DNA from: a virus | DNA: 64,000 bases | Strand: one strand, 5' to 3' | Virus record (IMG/VR): IMGVR_UViG_3300032893_000735 | Location: 32,001 to 96,000 of that record | In this document: positions 1 through 8,691 of the stretch, one piece after another | How the letters are laid out: the number at the start of each line of letters is the position of its first letter | Numbering within the stretch: the first letter of the stretch is position 1 | Notes under the pieces: generated by a model | Told to the model about the DNA's origin: nothing | Databases searched by the model: none | The model's input: the letters and a program-made list of their open reading frames with translations, nothing else | Made by a program: the position numbers and the translations under genes

Positions 1-269
1 ATGTAAGGGAGTAGATTTCGAACAATGTCTCGACTGGACGTATACCAAGCATATTTTTGCTTTCGATTACCTTCTGTGGGTAATTTTCTCCACATGCCCC
101 CAAACACCTGTACTAACCACTTCATAAGTGGCCTGTGGGAGTTGTAGACGTAAAGGGTGAATTGGTGCCCAGTTCCCTCTACTGATCGTATGCAAAAACT
201 GCCGTCTCCGTCAATGAGACCCGCCAAATATGCCCATCTCTTTGGGCTGATTTTATCTTTATCCCTCAA
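1..269 (-). CDS. LAGLIDADG homing endonuclease inside group I intron 3 (runs off the left edge)
   Basis: TTG start at 269 after a GGAGG RBS; translation RDKDKISPKRWAYLAGLIDGDGSFCI... stays open to the window edge. Confidence 0.9.
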   Translation of the reverse strand, partial: MRDKDKISPKRWAYLAGLIDGDGSFCIRSVEGTGHQFTLYVYNSHRPLMKWLVQVFGGMWRKLPTEGNRKQKYAWYTSSRDIVRNLLPY

Positions 270-366
270 GGAATTTTCCTCCGTCTTGTCTAGTCCTGCC
301 GCCAGATATTAACGGATTTGACCGAGTTTAAGGACCGCAAGTGGTTTGTTTCCAATAACATGCGGC
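1..366 (-). mobile_element. Group I intron 3 of the major capsid gene (5' part only)
   Basis: Exon 3 ends GGGACCGU, which pairs with intron GCGGUCCU (P1, U.G at the splice site); the exon frame soon hits TAA; the intron contains a LAGLIDADG ORF. Confidence 0.75.
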
Positions 367-1003
367 ACGGTCCCTTCCGCGGCCTGATTCAAATTGGCCG
401 CCAGAAGTGCGTAGGTATAGACAGTTTGTTTTTGGTTGACCGCATCTCTGCGGACTCGCTCTCATGGTTTCCCAAGAGTTCAGGCTGTGTCTTCAGTCCA
501 TTCTGGACTGCCCGGCATGTCAGTCGTTCGGGAGCCTATTTCTAGGTTTCCTCGGCGTTGCCCTGTTCATTTATCATACTATCACGCCTGATAGTACGCG
601 TCAACAGGGTTTTCGTCGATATAGTCGGGTTTGAATTCAGCGCTTTACCACTGAATCTGGTTGCCCTGCCGAAGCGGGAGCGGACGTTGCTTTGTCATGC
701 TCAAGAACGGCGTCTGGGCTTTGAGGTTAGGGACTGCTTCGCGTTCATCAATGTGTTTTGGGTACTAGCATCTCTGCTAGTTCGCTCTGCATATTCCTAT
801 GCAGTTCAGGCCGTGTCTTCAGTCCATTTTTCGGACTGTCTGGCGTCTCGGTCGTTACGGAGCCTATTTCTAGGTTTCCTCGAAGTTGCCCGGTCTGGGC
901 CTCCTTCGATATAGCCAGATTTGAATTCACCAAGATTTTAGTGAATAGCTACCAAGTTCGGAAGCGCCCCGGATGTAACAATTGATGCAGGAGAGTAACT
1001 CAT
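367..1003 (-). CDS. Major capsid protein, N4-gp56-like (exons 1003-940, 748-650, 421-367; continues beyond the window)
   Basis: Spliced frame reads MSYSPASIVTSGALPNLVAIHYEREAVPNLKAQTPFLSMTKQRPLPLRQGNQIQFYTYALLAANLNQAAEGTV, resembling N4-gp56-family capsid N-termini; lies directly after the scaffold-like gene. Confidence 0.8.
422..649 (-). mobile_element. ORF-less group I intron 2 (228 nt)
   Basis: P1 AUUCAGU/GCUGAAU with U.G wobble; terminal G at 422; R/S-like elements AACGACUGA and GAAGACACAGCCUG; removal restores the frame (T|TC = Phe). Confidence 0.85.
576..604 (-). promoter_or_regulatory. sigma70-like promoter inside intron 2
   Basis: TTGACG-17 bp-TAGTAT with TG extended -10. Confidence 0.55.
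749..939 (-). mobile_element. ORF-less group I intron 1 (191 nt)
   Basis: P1 AUUCACU/GGUGAAU with U.G wobble; P3 UCUGGC/GCCAGA; terminal G at 749; clearly homologous to intron 2; removal restores the frame (T|AT = Tyr). Confidence 0.85.
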
Positions 1004-1021
1004 AGGTTACCTTTGTGTTGG

Positions 1022-2221
1022 TTAGTTAGAGCGCCGACTCTGGGCGCGATGGCGGAGCATTTCAGCCCACAACTTCTGGTGCTGCTCGTCCGACATGTTG
1101 TCCAGGTCCTCGACTGAGGGCGCGTTGGGAGTGTCGGGAGTCCTGACGGGTGTTACGTCATTCCTTCCGATTCCTGTAGCCGCTCTCGGGCGCACCACCT
1201 GACTCACAATCCGTGGATCGGGGCGCGGCGCAGGTGCCGGTTCGACATCTTGAACCTTTACCGGCGGAGGTGTTTTGGGTTGCCGTTTCACAGGAGCTTG
1301 CAGCATAAGTCCATCACTGTTAAGATCCTCGAAGGCTTCCTCAAGATTTTCGACGGTATAAACTCCCGCCGATACAAGCTGGTCGTAGATGCTGTACGCA
1401 TTCTCTAAACTTACTGTCTGACCTAGCTTAAACTTTGCAATCCACCGGATTAGCTGTCGGTGGTTTTGGGCACCTTGATTATCAGGGTAATAATCAGGGG
1501 TGTTAGCCAAAAATGTTTTGTTGACCATTTCCGCCGTCAGTTGGTTGCTGGCGTATTCTGCCTTCTGCGAACCCTGTTGGGCGAGTGATACTAGTTGCTC
1601 AATGGTCAATCCAGTCTTCTTCTGGAATAGCGTATCAAGAGCGAGAGCCGGGTCCGACTCCAACTGCGTCTTGATCTCAAAAACTTCGTCTGCCGTAAGC
1701 TGGCGGTTCTGTGGCGTCGGCACGTCCATTTTCTGGACAGCAGGTGCAGGAGTCTTCGCGAATTTCAACTTCGCGTTCTGCTCGCGGATCTTCTTAGTCG
1801 CGTTAGCCTGAGCCTTGAGCAAATTAGCGATCAATCCGTCCTTCGTCTTACCCCAAAATACCTGCGGACTTCCGCCAGTTGGACTGATGATCGTGCCCTT
1901 CCACTGGCCCTTTTCCTTTTCGGTAATCAACTGTGTGCCGTCTTCGAGTTCGGTTACAGTAGGCTCGTCAGGCTCAGGAGCGGGGGCAGGTTCCGGTTCC
2001 GGCTCGGGCTTATCTTCGAGGTTCGGATGATCTTCAACGACTTCTGGCTTCATGCCGGGATGCGCGTCTAGAGCCGGATCTACGAACTGCTCTTGGTTAT
2101 CCGGTTCGACCAAATCGGGGTCTCGGAGGTCTGCGTAATTCGCGCCCCAGTCTACGTTGTTTGCGAAAGGATCAACCGATCCATCAGGGTTAAGCAACCA
2201 CGGGTCTGTTACGTTTGACAT
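1022..2221 (-). CDS. Putative capsid scaffolding protein
   Basis: Acidic, Pro-rich 399 aa protein immediately upstream of the capsid gene; call is positional. Confidence 0.5.
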   Translation of the reverse strand: MSNVTDPWLLNPDGSVDPFANNVDWGANYADLRDPDLVEPDNQEQFVDPALDAHPGMKPEVVEDHPNLEDKPEPEPEPAPAPEPDEPTVTELEDGTQLITEKEKGQWKGTIISPTGGSPQVFWGKTKDGLIANLLKAQANATKKIREQNAKLKFAKTPAPAVQKMDVPTPQNRQLTADEVFEIKTQLESDPALALDTLFQKKTGLTIEQLVSLAQQGSQKAEYASNQLTAEMVNKTFLANTPDYYPDNQGAQNHRQLIRWIAKFKLGQTVSLENAYSIYDQLVSAGVYTVENLEEAFEDLNSDGLMLQAPVKRQPKTPPPVKVQDVEPAPAPRPDPRIVSQVVRPRAATGIGRNDVTPVRTPDTPNAPSVEDLDNMSDEQHQKLWAEMLRHRAQSRRSN

Positions 2222-2274
2222 TAATCATTCTCCAAATCCTAATCCAGGATTTCGGGGTTTGTCCATTTTATGGA

Positions 2275-2613
2275 TTATTTATCGTATTTAGGGGTAGGTA
2301 TTCTGTTCACCGACCAACGCCACATGATCTCGTGCTGTCGGGCGTGAGCAAACATTTCGTGAACTAAGGGGATCGGAACTCCCGTATCTCCGTAGGGCCA
2401 TTCCGATTCGTCCGCAGAAGATGTTCGAAATATATCGTCTATCTCTCCGCCTGCCGAAGAACAACCCAGACAAACATAGTGATACGTGTCTCTGTCCCAA
2501 TCTTTATTCAAGCCGAATGTTAGGGGGACTTCTGAATCCTCCGAGTTACTTTCTACATACGGCGGTTCCCAAGAACTAGGTTTTGAAAGAAGGACTTCGA
2601 AGTGACTCTGCAT
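2275..2613 (-). CDS. Hypothetical protein (C-terminus HARQHEIMW shared with 52015..52362)
   Basis: ORF track; shared CxxC...HARQHEIMW motif. Confidence 0.5.
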   Translation of the reverse strand: MQSHFEVLLSKPSSWEPPYVESNSEDSEVPLTFGLNKDWDRDTYHYVCLGCSSAGGEIDDIFRTSSADESEWPYGDTGVPIPLVHEMFAHARQHEIMWRWSVNRIPTPKYDK

Positions 2614-2614
2614 G

Positions 2615-2956
2615 TTATGCCCCCTGCGCTTTCAAAACGTCTATAGAATCAATATACCCAGCCATGTACTTCCGAAGTTCCTCCGTCGGGTGGACTGCGA
2701 AGTCCATAGCAGAATTGATATCCGACAAGAAGAATTCCTCAAACTGGGTCATAGCGTATAACGCCGCTTGCGAGGCAATTACGCTCGGGTCGCCCGGTTG
2801 GATATGGCGAACCTGCTTGTCCAAATCTTCGACATACGAGTGAATCGTGGCTTTGATAACTTCCCACGCCTCGGTTGGTACATTTCGTAGGATTCGGCCC
2901 TTCTCGTAGACATCTACTTGCCGGTCGATCTCCTCTTGGTACACAGGATTGTCCAC
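2615..2956 (-). CDS. Hypothetical head-module protein
   Basis: ORF in operon order. Confidence 0.55.
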   Translation of the reverse strand: MDNPVYQEEIDRQVDVYEKGRILRNVPTEAWEVIKATIHSYVEDLDKQVRHIQPGDPSVIASQAALYAMTQFEEFFLSDINSAMDFAVHPTEELRKYMAGYIDSIDVLKAQGA

Positions 2957-3550
2957 TACAACCCTCCGAAGATGCTAGTCAGGTCTACGTGCTTCTTTTC
3001 GGGTGGCGGGGTAGTTGAGTGAATCCGACCCTCCCGGCCTGTCCTGAGTTTGTGGGCCTGATTGATTAGCTGCTGGAGTTGCTGCGGGGTAAGATTGTCG
3101 TATTCGGAACCGGGGATGGCTTGTTGGTTGCCTACTGTAAAGTTTGGTTGCTGCTGCATATTCTCCTCTGCTGTAATCCACAGCGACGAAGTTTGTCCAT
3201 TATTTGGATGGTTATTTTGCCTCTACAGGAATCACAATGTTGCTCTCATTCGGTGGCGGGATCAAGCACCACTTCCCGCGAACAAGTCCGTCTTCTGTCA
3301 TTTCCCCAGTCGGAGGAATGTACCCGAACAACCTCCCGTCATCTGTAAGAACAACTAAAGTAGTCGTGTTCTCTCTTATCCAAGTAGAAACTTGTACTAT
3401 TTTCATTATGCACCCTTGTCCATTATCTGGATGGTGAAGTTAAGCTAGGCGGGAGGTCTTCGGGAAGGCGATAGGGCACTCTCCCTCTGACCGTTAGAAT
3501 CGATTCTTAAAACATTGTATCACACGTTTTGTAATTTGTCAAGCATTATT

Positions 3551-6500
3551 TTACAGAAGACTACCAAAACCTACTCCGCTAGTGTTCGGTGATCCAGTTA
3601 GTTCTTCTGGTTCGACTGCTCTCTTAAAGGATTCTCTCAACACGTCACGACTCGCACGGGCTATGTTCTCCTGGTCAGCCAACTCCTGCGCTTGCTGGAA
3701 CTTCTGTTGTTGCAACTGTGCTTGAGCTTGTGCCTGCGCTTGTATCTTCTGGTTCATCTGACCACCCTGCGACTGGGCCTGCTGACGGGCCAAATCTTGC
3801 GGGGTCATGTCAGTAATTATGTCGGACATACTCTTGCATTCCGCTGCTTCGAACCAGAGATGGAGAAGTTCAGTAACATCTATTTTCTTACCTTCAAGAG
3901 CCAGAGAGGATATGATTTCCGGATTGGCCAGCGTTTGCGAGAGCATCGGAAGGGCCTGATTCAGGTTTCTCCGAGTTTGCATTTTCGACCCAGCTAGGAT
4001 GTCAAACTTAACTTTCGCGTTCAGAATATCAACAAGATCCCCGCCGTTCTCAACATACTCATGTTTCAGTTCCTCGCTCATGATGAACTGGAGTTGAGAA
4101 AGTGGGAGCATCATTCGGTTCATTTCAGCCATATCATAAAGAAACGGCACAATAATCTGATTCGCCAGCTTGTCCACGCATTCGGAAATCACGTTGGACG
4201 CGCCCTGAGTCAGCGCCTGCGCCCCAGCGGAACTACGGGCCATATTGGAATGTCCGCTGGCCCCCGCGATACCCTGGGAGGTAATCGAGTTGTTCCCCGA
4301 CACTTCGCCCACCCTAGCTTGCGACTGAGTGAACAAATAACTGGCTTCTTGGACAGGCTCCCCGAACTTGAGCGGTTCCAGATCGCCCTTAGCGTCTACT
4401 TCAATAATCCGATTCGGACCAATTCGGATACTCTGCGTCGGTACCGACTTACCGCGAACCCGAAGCATCGGAGCGTTCAGCTTCAGGTTTGCGATGTTCA
4501 TAACCAGATTCGTGATGCCAGTTTGGACACGCTGTTCGGTTCCGATCGTGTTATGGGTGAGAATGCAGTCGTCAGTTACATACAGATGGTCAGGAGAATC
4601 GACCATGATGCACTGACACTGTTTCTGAGATACTAACTCTACTGACTTGATGAAGCGGGCCGGAAGATACTTTGTTCTAGGTACGTGCTTCTCCACTTTC
4701 CTAGTCAATCGGAAAGGATTAAAGGTAACACCTATAGTCAGAATAAACTGTCTGTCAGCAGGTTTTGCGAGACCTGTGTAATTCTTTTCCCAACCTTCTT
4801 TCCATCTCTTGGTGACGACAGTTACAGAACCTCCCAAAGACTGAACCAGAAATTTCACGTCATCCCGAAGTCTTTCTGAAGTTGTATAGAACTGACAGGC
4901 ACCGTTGCTCAGCGCAGAACCGTCTGTATCCATCAGACCAGCAAGAATTGCTTTTCTTTGAGCGACAGATCCGAACTTGTAGACATCGGGAATAAACTTG
5001 TAACGTGATGTGCAATTTACTCCGAGGTCACGAGTAACCCTACGGATTACATTACACTTTCCATCAAGAGAAGTAAACTTATAGTCATATTGACTTTGCG
5101 GAATTTTAGTGATCTTGGTATTTTCGGGCAGGACTTCGTTAATCCGATCTATGAGTTCTGGATCGGCAGTAGTAAATTTGGGAGTTTCGGTAGTCATACC
5201 CCCGTCGCCAAGAAGGAGCCCCATCAGGTACGGATCAAGAGGCTGTACCTTCTCTTCAAATTCTACTGGAGAAACTATAGGTATCCTGTACCGGCATTGG
5301 TGGTGGCCAGATTTTGCTTTTAAATCTCCCCAAATCTCCTGAAGTTCCAGAGTTCTAGTTTTCCACCCACGCTTCTGTTTGATTTTTGTCTTGGTTTGTA
5401 CTGTCCACAAATGTTCTTTGCAGCACTCAGTAGAAGAGCCGTCCGAAAAATGGACACGATAAACATCTTTCTCGCCTTGCGGATATATCCCAGTAACACA
5501 GTATGGCTTTCCATCAGAACCGATAACCTTGGTTCCAACTTCAACTTCTCCCATTGTAGTCCAACCATCTGGGGTCAAAATCTTAGCGTCAAGAGGCTGG
5601 GAGCGACCGAGCCCCAAACTCCAAAAACTTTGCGGAGAATCCCACCACCCAATCGAGTAAAACGGGATCTTGCCGTAGATATTCTTGTCGTTGTAAATTA
5701 CAAGTTTCTTCTGGAGGACTACGATGTACGTGTTGTTATCCCACCGTTCGAGGACTTCAAGCGGCTGCTGGAAAGGATCGATGGTCGTCTTTTCCCACGG
5801 AGAATCTGCCCGAGCGTCCCAAAGAGGATTACGCCCGCCTTCTTGCTGAGGGTTTGATTCGACAGGTTCTACAGGGGGGAGGAACAATTCAAGGAGTTTT
5901 TCACGTGACGGGATGTTGTAGCCTTCCCGTTCGCGGAGTCTGTCCAGGTCTTCCCAAGTCATGTACCGGCGGCGGATAACATACTTCGCTTTTCGAATAT
6001 CAGGAACGTCCAGACCGGGATCGACCAAGATTTCTCGCAGATTGACGATATGCTCGAATGTGGGCCTGTCTACGACCTCTTCTATTTCTTCGACTTCTAA
6101 TTCGTCATCCGTGATACTTGTAGCAGGCGCTCCGGGGATTGAACTGGGGATTACGATAGGAGGATTCTTGCGCTTGATGATTTTACGGGTACGAGTAAAT
6201 TTTTCCCATCCGGCTTGGAAGATGGCCGTGCCGAACAGCAGCATGTTCATGGTTCCCAGACGGATCTCTTCGCGGAAATTTATATCTTCTAATTGGTATC
6301 CGAGAAGTGCGGAAACGGCTCGGGCAGCTTGCGCCGAAGTTCCGCTTCGTTCTTGCGTCATAAAAGGAGGGTTCTCATAAAACAAACCGGCAAGAACTTG
6401 AGGGGTAAGACCGTTTACCGCAGTTGCAACCGTGTAGAAGTTTACAGAGGCCGCTTCCATCTGGGTTCCGGGCCAAAAATTCGGAGTCATGACCGCGTTG

Positions 6501-6697
6501 TAGAGGTCGCGGGCATTGTTCCAACCCATTAAATACTCGCGACGACGTTCTCCGCTGTCGGCCTTTTCCGCGTCCTGTAGTACAAGTTTTAGCGGAGCTG
6601 AATCAGACGAAGCCCAGGATTGATCGTTAAGAAACGAGAGCGCCTCTTCTTTTGTGAGGTCTTGGTAAGCGTTAACCTCTGGCTGATTTAGTATCAT
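3551..6697 (-). CDS. Portal protein containing an intein
   Basis: Portal-like features (LLFGTAIF, ILVDPG...KAKYVIRR, Gln-rich C-terminus); located between terminase and scaffold. Confidence 0.8.
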   Translation of the reverse strand: MILNQPEVNAYQDLTKEEALSFLNDQSWASSDSAPLKLVLQDAEKADSGERRREYLMGWNNARDLYNAVMTPNFWPGTQMEAASVNFYTVATAVNGLTPQVLAGLFYENPPFMTQERSGTSAQAARAVSALLGYQLEDINFREEIRLGTMNMLLFGTAIFQAGWEKFTRTRKIIKRKNPPIVIPSSIPGAPATSITDDELEVEEIEEVVDRPTFEHIVNLREILVDPGLDVPDIRKAKYVIRRRYMTWEDLDRLREREGYNIPSREKLLELFLPPVEPVESNPQQEGGRNPLWDARADSPWEKTTIDPFQQPLEVLERWDNNTYIVVLQKKLVIYNDKNIYGKIPFYSIGWWDSPQSFWSLGLGRSQPLDAKILTPDGWTTMGEVEVGTKVIGSDGKPYCVTGIYPQGEKDVYRVHFSDGSSTECCKEHLWTVQTKTKIKQKRGWKTRTLELQEIWGDLKAKSGHHQCRYRIPIVSPVEFEEKVQPLDPYLMGLLLGDGGMTTETPKFTTADPELIDRINEVLPENTKITKIPQSQYDYKFTSLDGKCNVIRRVTRDLGVNCTSRYKFIPDVYKFGSVAQRKAILAGLMDTDGSALSNGACQFYTTSERLRDDVKFLVQSLGGSVTVVTKRWKEGWEKNYTGLAKPADRQFILTIGVTFNPFRLTRKVEKHVPRTKYLPARFIKSVELVSQKQCQCIMVDSPDHLYVTDDCILTHNTIGTEQRVQTGITNLVMNIANLKLNAPMLRVRGKSVPTQSIRIGPNRIIEVDAKGDLEPLKFGEPVQEASYLFTQSQARVGEVSGNNSITSQGIAGASGHSNMARSSAGAQALTQGASNVISECVDKLANQIIVPFLYDMAEMNRMMLPLSQLQFIMSEELKHEYVENGGDLVDILNAKVKFDILAGSKMQTRRNLNQALPMLSQTLANPEIISSLALEGKKIDVTELLHLWFEAAECKSMSDIITDMTPQDLARQQAQSQGGQMNQKIQAQAQAQAQLQQQKFQQAQELADQENIARASRDVLRESFKRAVEPEELTGSPNTSGVGFGSLL
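4550..5602 (-). mobile_element. Intein (351 aa) with LAGLIDADG endonuclease, in the portal
   Basis: N-terminus SQPLDAKILTPDGW; endonuclease blocks LMGLLLGDG and LAGLMDTDG; C-terminus ILTHN followed by Thr. Confidence 0.92.
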
Positions 6698-7516
6698 TTA
6701 TACCCTCGTAATCCCTAGCTTTTTCATTTTAGATGAGATTGTGTTATGCGCTACACCCAATCTTCGTCCAATTTCCCGGAGAGATATATCCATTTTCAAT
6801 AGTTCTCTAAGAAGTGTTTCGTCTATTTTTCTGCGTTCCACTTTTTTAGCTTGTTCCGATTTGACTTCCCAAAACGGTCGGAAAGGAAGACCAGATTTCT
6901 TTATTCGTCTTCGAACTGTATCTGTGCTGATCCCGAAACGCTTAGATATATCTGTTGTAGTAACTCCGTTATTCCACAGAAACACAAGTTCCTCTGAACA
7001 AATATTTTTCAAGAAGTTATGAGAGCCTCGGCCTGTCATACGTTTTGACATTTTTTCGCAGGTTTCAGGGGATAACTTTTTACCTCGAACCCCCGTGTGT
7101 CTCCCCTCGGCCCACGCTATTCTGAGGCTTTCAGATGTTTTTCTTTTCGCTTCTTCAGTTCTCTTCGTCCCCAGTTTCTTTTGTCTGGCTTTTTCAATAG
7201 CTTCGGGAGTTGGTTCTCTCCGGTCCCCTCCGGAAGTCATGTTGTACCCGACTTTTGGATTCATAGAATCTAGAAGAATAATCCATATTGACTCTAAATA
7301 GTTAGCCTGCTCGGAAGTTTCGCACGTCATTACCTCTTTGATTACAAACGAGTCTATACCATACTTCCGCATAGCGTTGTACAGGTGCGCCGTGTATCCT
7401 TCGTTTCGCCTTGCTCTGCACTTGTGAAGAGTCCACCGACGTTCCAGAAATTGATTCGTCTGCCCAACGTATATCTTATCGTTTACGAGATTTGTAATCA
7501 GGTATATAGTGAACAT
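6698..7516 (-). CDS. Free-standing GIY-YIG homing endonuclease with NUMOD/HTH C-terminus
   Basis: IYLITNLVNDKIYVGQT...R motif, GYN motif, HTH-like tail. Confidence 0.88.
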   Translation of the reverse strand: MFTIYLITNLVNDKIYVGQTNQFLERRWTLHKCRARRNEGYTAHLYNAMRKYGIDSFVIKEVMTCETSEQANYLESIWIILLDSMNPKVGYNMTSGGDRREPTPEAIEKARQKKLGTKRTEEAKRKTSESLRIAWAEGRHTGVRGKKLSPETCEKMSKRMTGRGSHNFLKNICSEELVFLWNNGVTTTDISKRFGISTDTVRRRIKKSGLPFRPFWEVKSEQAKKVERRKIDETLLRELLKMDISLREIGRRLGVAHNTISSKMKKLGITRV

Positions 7517-7784
7517 TACTTCGCCCCCGAAAGTTCCACGCAGGTGTTTCGGGATTTTTCAAAGTAGTCCGCAGACATCTTTTTAGCGGCGCGATTCTGA
7601 AGTTTGTTGGGTACGGAGGCGTCAATTACCATCTGGATTTCTTTTTCCAGATTGTCGAGGATGGAAACAAAAAGAGGCTGGATAGGTCCTTGATTTACGT
7701 TCATTATATTATTCCTTGAATGAATTTTTTGTCGGTTGATTAAAGTGTTACCGACACCACTTGTTGTCCGAAAAATGGACGGGA

Positions 7785-8114
7785 TTAGTACCCGCAATCC
7801 GGCTCGATGGCATTAGGAATCATCGCCCCGGTAATCAAATCAACCTGATCCCTCTTCGCCTTAACACTAGTACCCGCCTCCGAAGAACTCTTGCCGACCT
7901 TCCAAACATCCTTACTCCAGTTGGAAGGCATCTGGTCCCCATCGTCTTGTACCCTGCGCGGAGATTCCTGTTCATCAGACAACTCTACTAGCTTACCCGC
8001 ACCGCTTGCCATACCAGCAGGGCCGGAGCCGCCAGTCATGGGGAAGTCAGAAGGCTTACACTGCCGAGGGGATTCGAGATTCCCGCCGAGCTTAATCAAA
8101 TCGCCGATTGCCAT
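7785..8114 (-). CDS. Hypothetical protein
   Basis: ORF with RBS, in operon order. Confidence 0.5.
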   Translation of the reverse strand: MAIGDLIKLGGNLESPRQCKPSDFPMTGGSGPAGMASGAGKLVELSDEQESPRRVQDDGDQMPSNWSKDVWKVGKSSSEAGTSVKAKRDQVDLITGAMIPNAIEPDCGY

Positions 8115-8691
8115 ATTATCCTCTTAATCCGGGCACTCGGCCCGATGTTGGTTTGTTGAAGTTCAGAGCAGACTTGCCCATAGGTTTCATGAAACTAGGT
8201 TGTCCATTTTCTGGACGAGGGGCAGGTTCTTGCCAGCCATTAGGCCGATCTACACGAAGATGTGGCTGGAAAGTGATACCGAAAAGTTCGTATGTTCCGT
8301 TGTTTGGGTTGTCAGAAATTTGTGGCATTTTTCCTTGCAACTTCTGACCCGGAGGAGGCATCCATCTGCTTGGTTGACAGGCGTCTGTGGTATGCTCCGC
8401 GATTACCTTGCCGTCGTCATCTATGATTTTGACTTGGAGTTTCACTAGTATACTACCGTCATCTTTTCTATATTGTGCCCGATGATATTCCAGCACGTTT
8501 TCGGGAGCCCTTTTTCGTCGTGGTCTTCATATCTTTGTTTCCCGTAGTTGGATAGTATTCTTGTAGTTGTTTCGTAAAGAATATCTTCTGCCCTACGTTT
8601 TGCGGACATCGCTTTGATCAATTCCGAGAACTCCTCGTCCGTAATCCTCTGGACTCCGAGTCTAGGAACGTCTTCATAAGGTGTGTACATT

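Noticed and set aside
318-985. Short ORFs in the track (318..545, 558..914, 748..933, 758..985)
   Set aside because: They are antisense to, or inside, the capsid exons and introns; the spliced - strand gene explains the region
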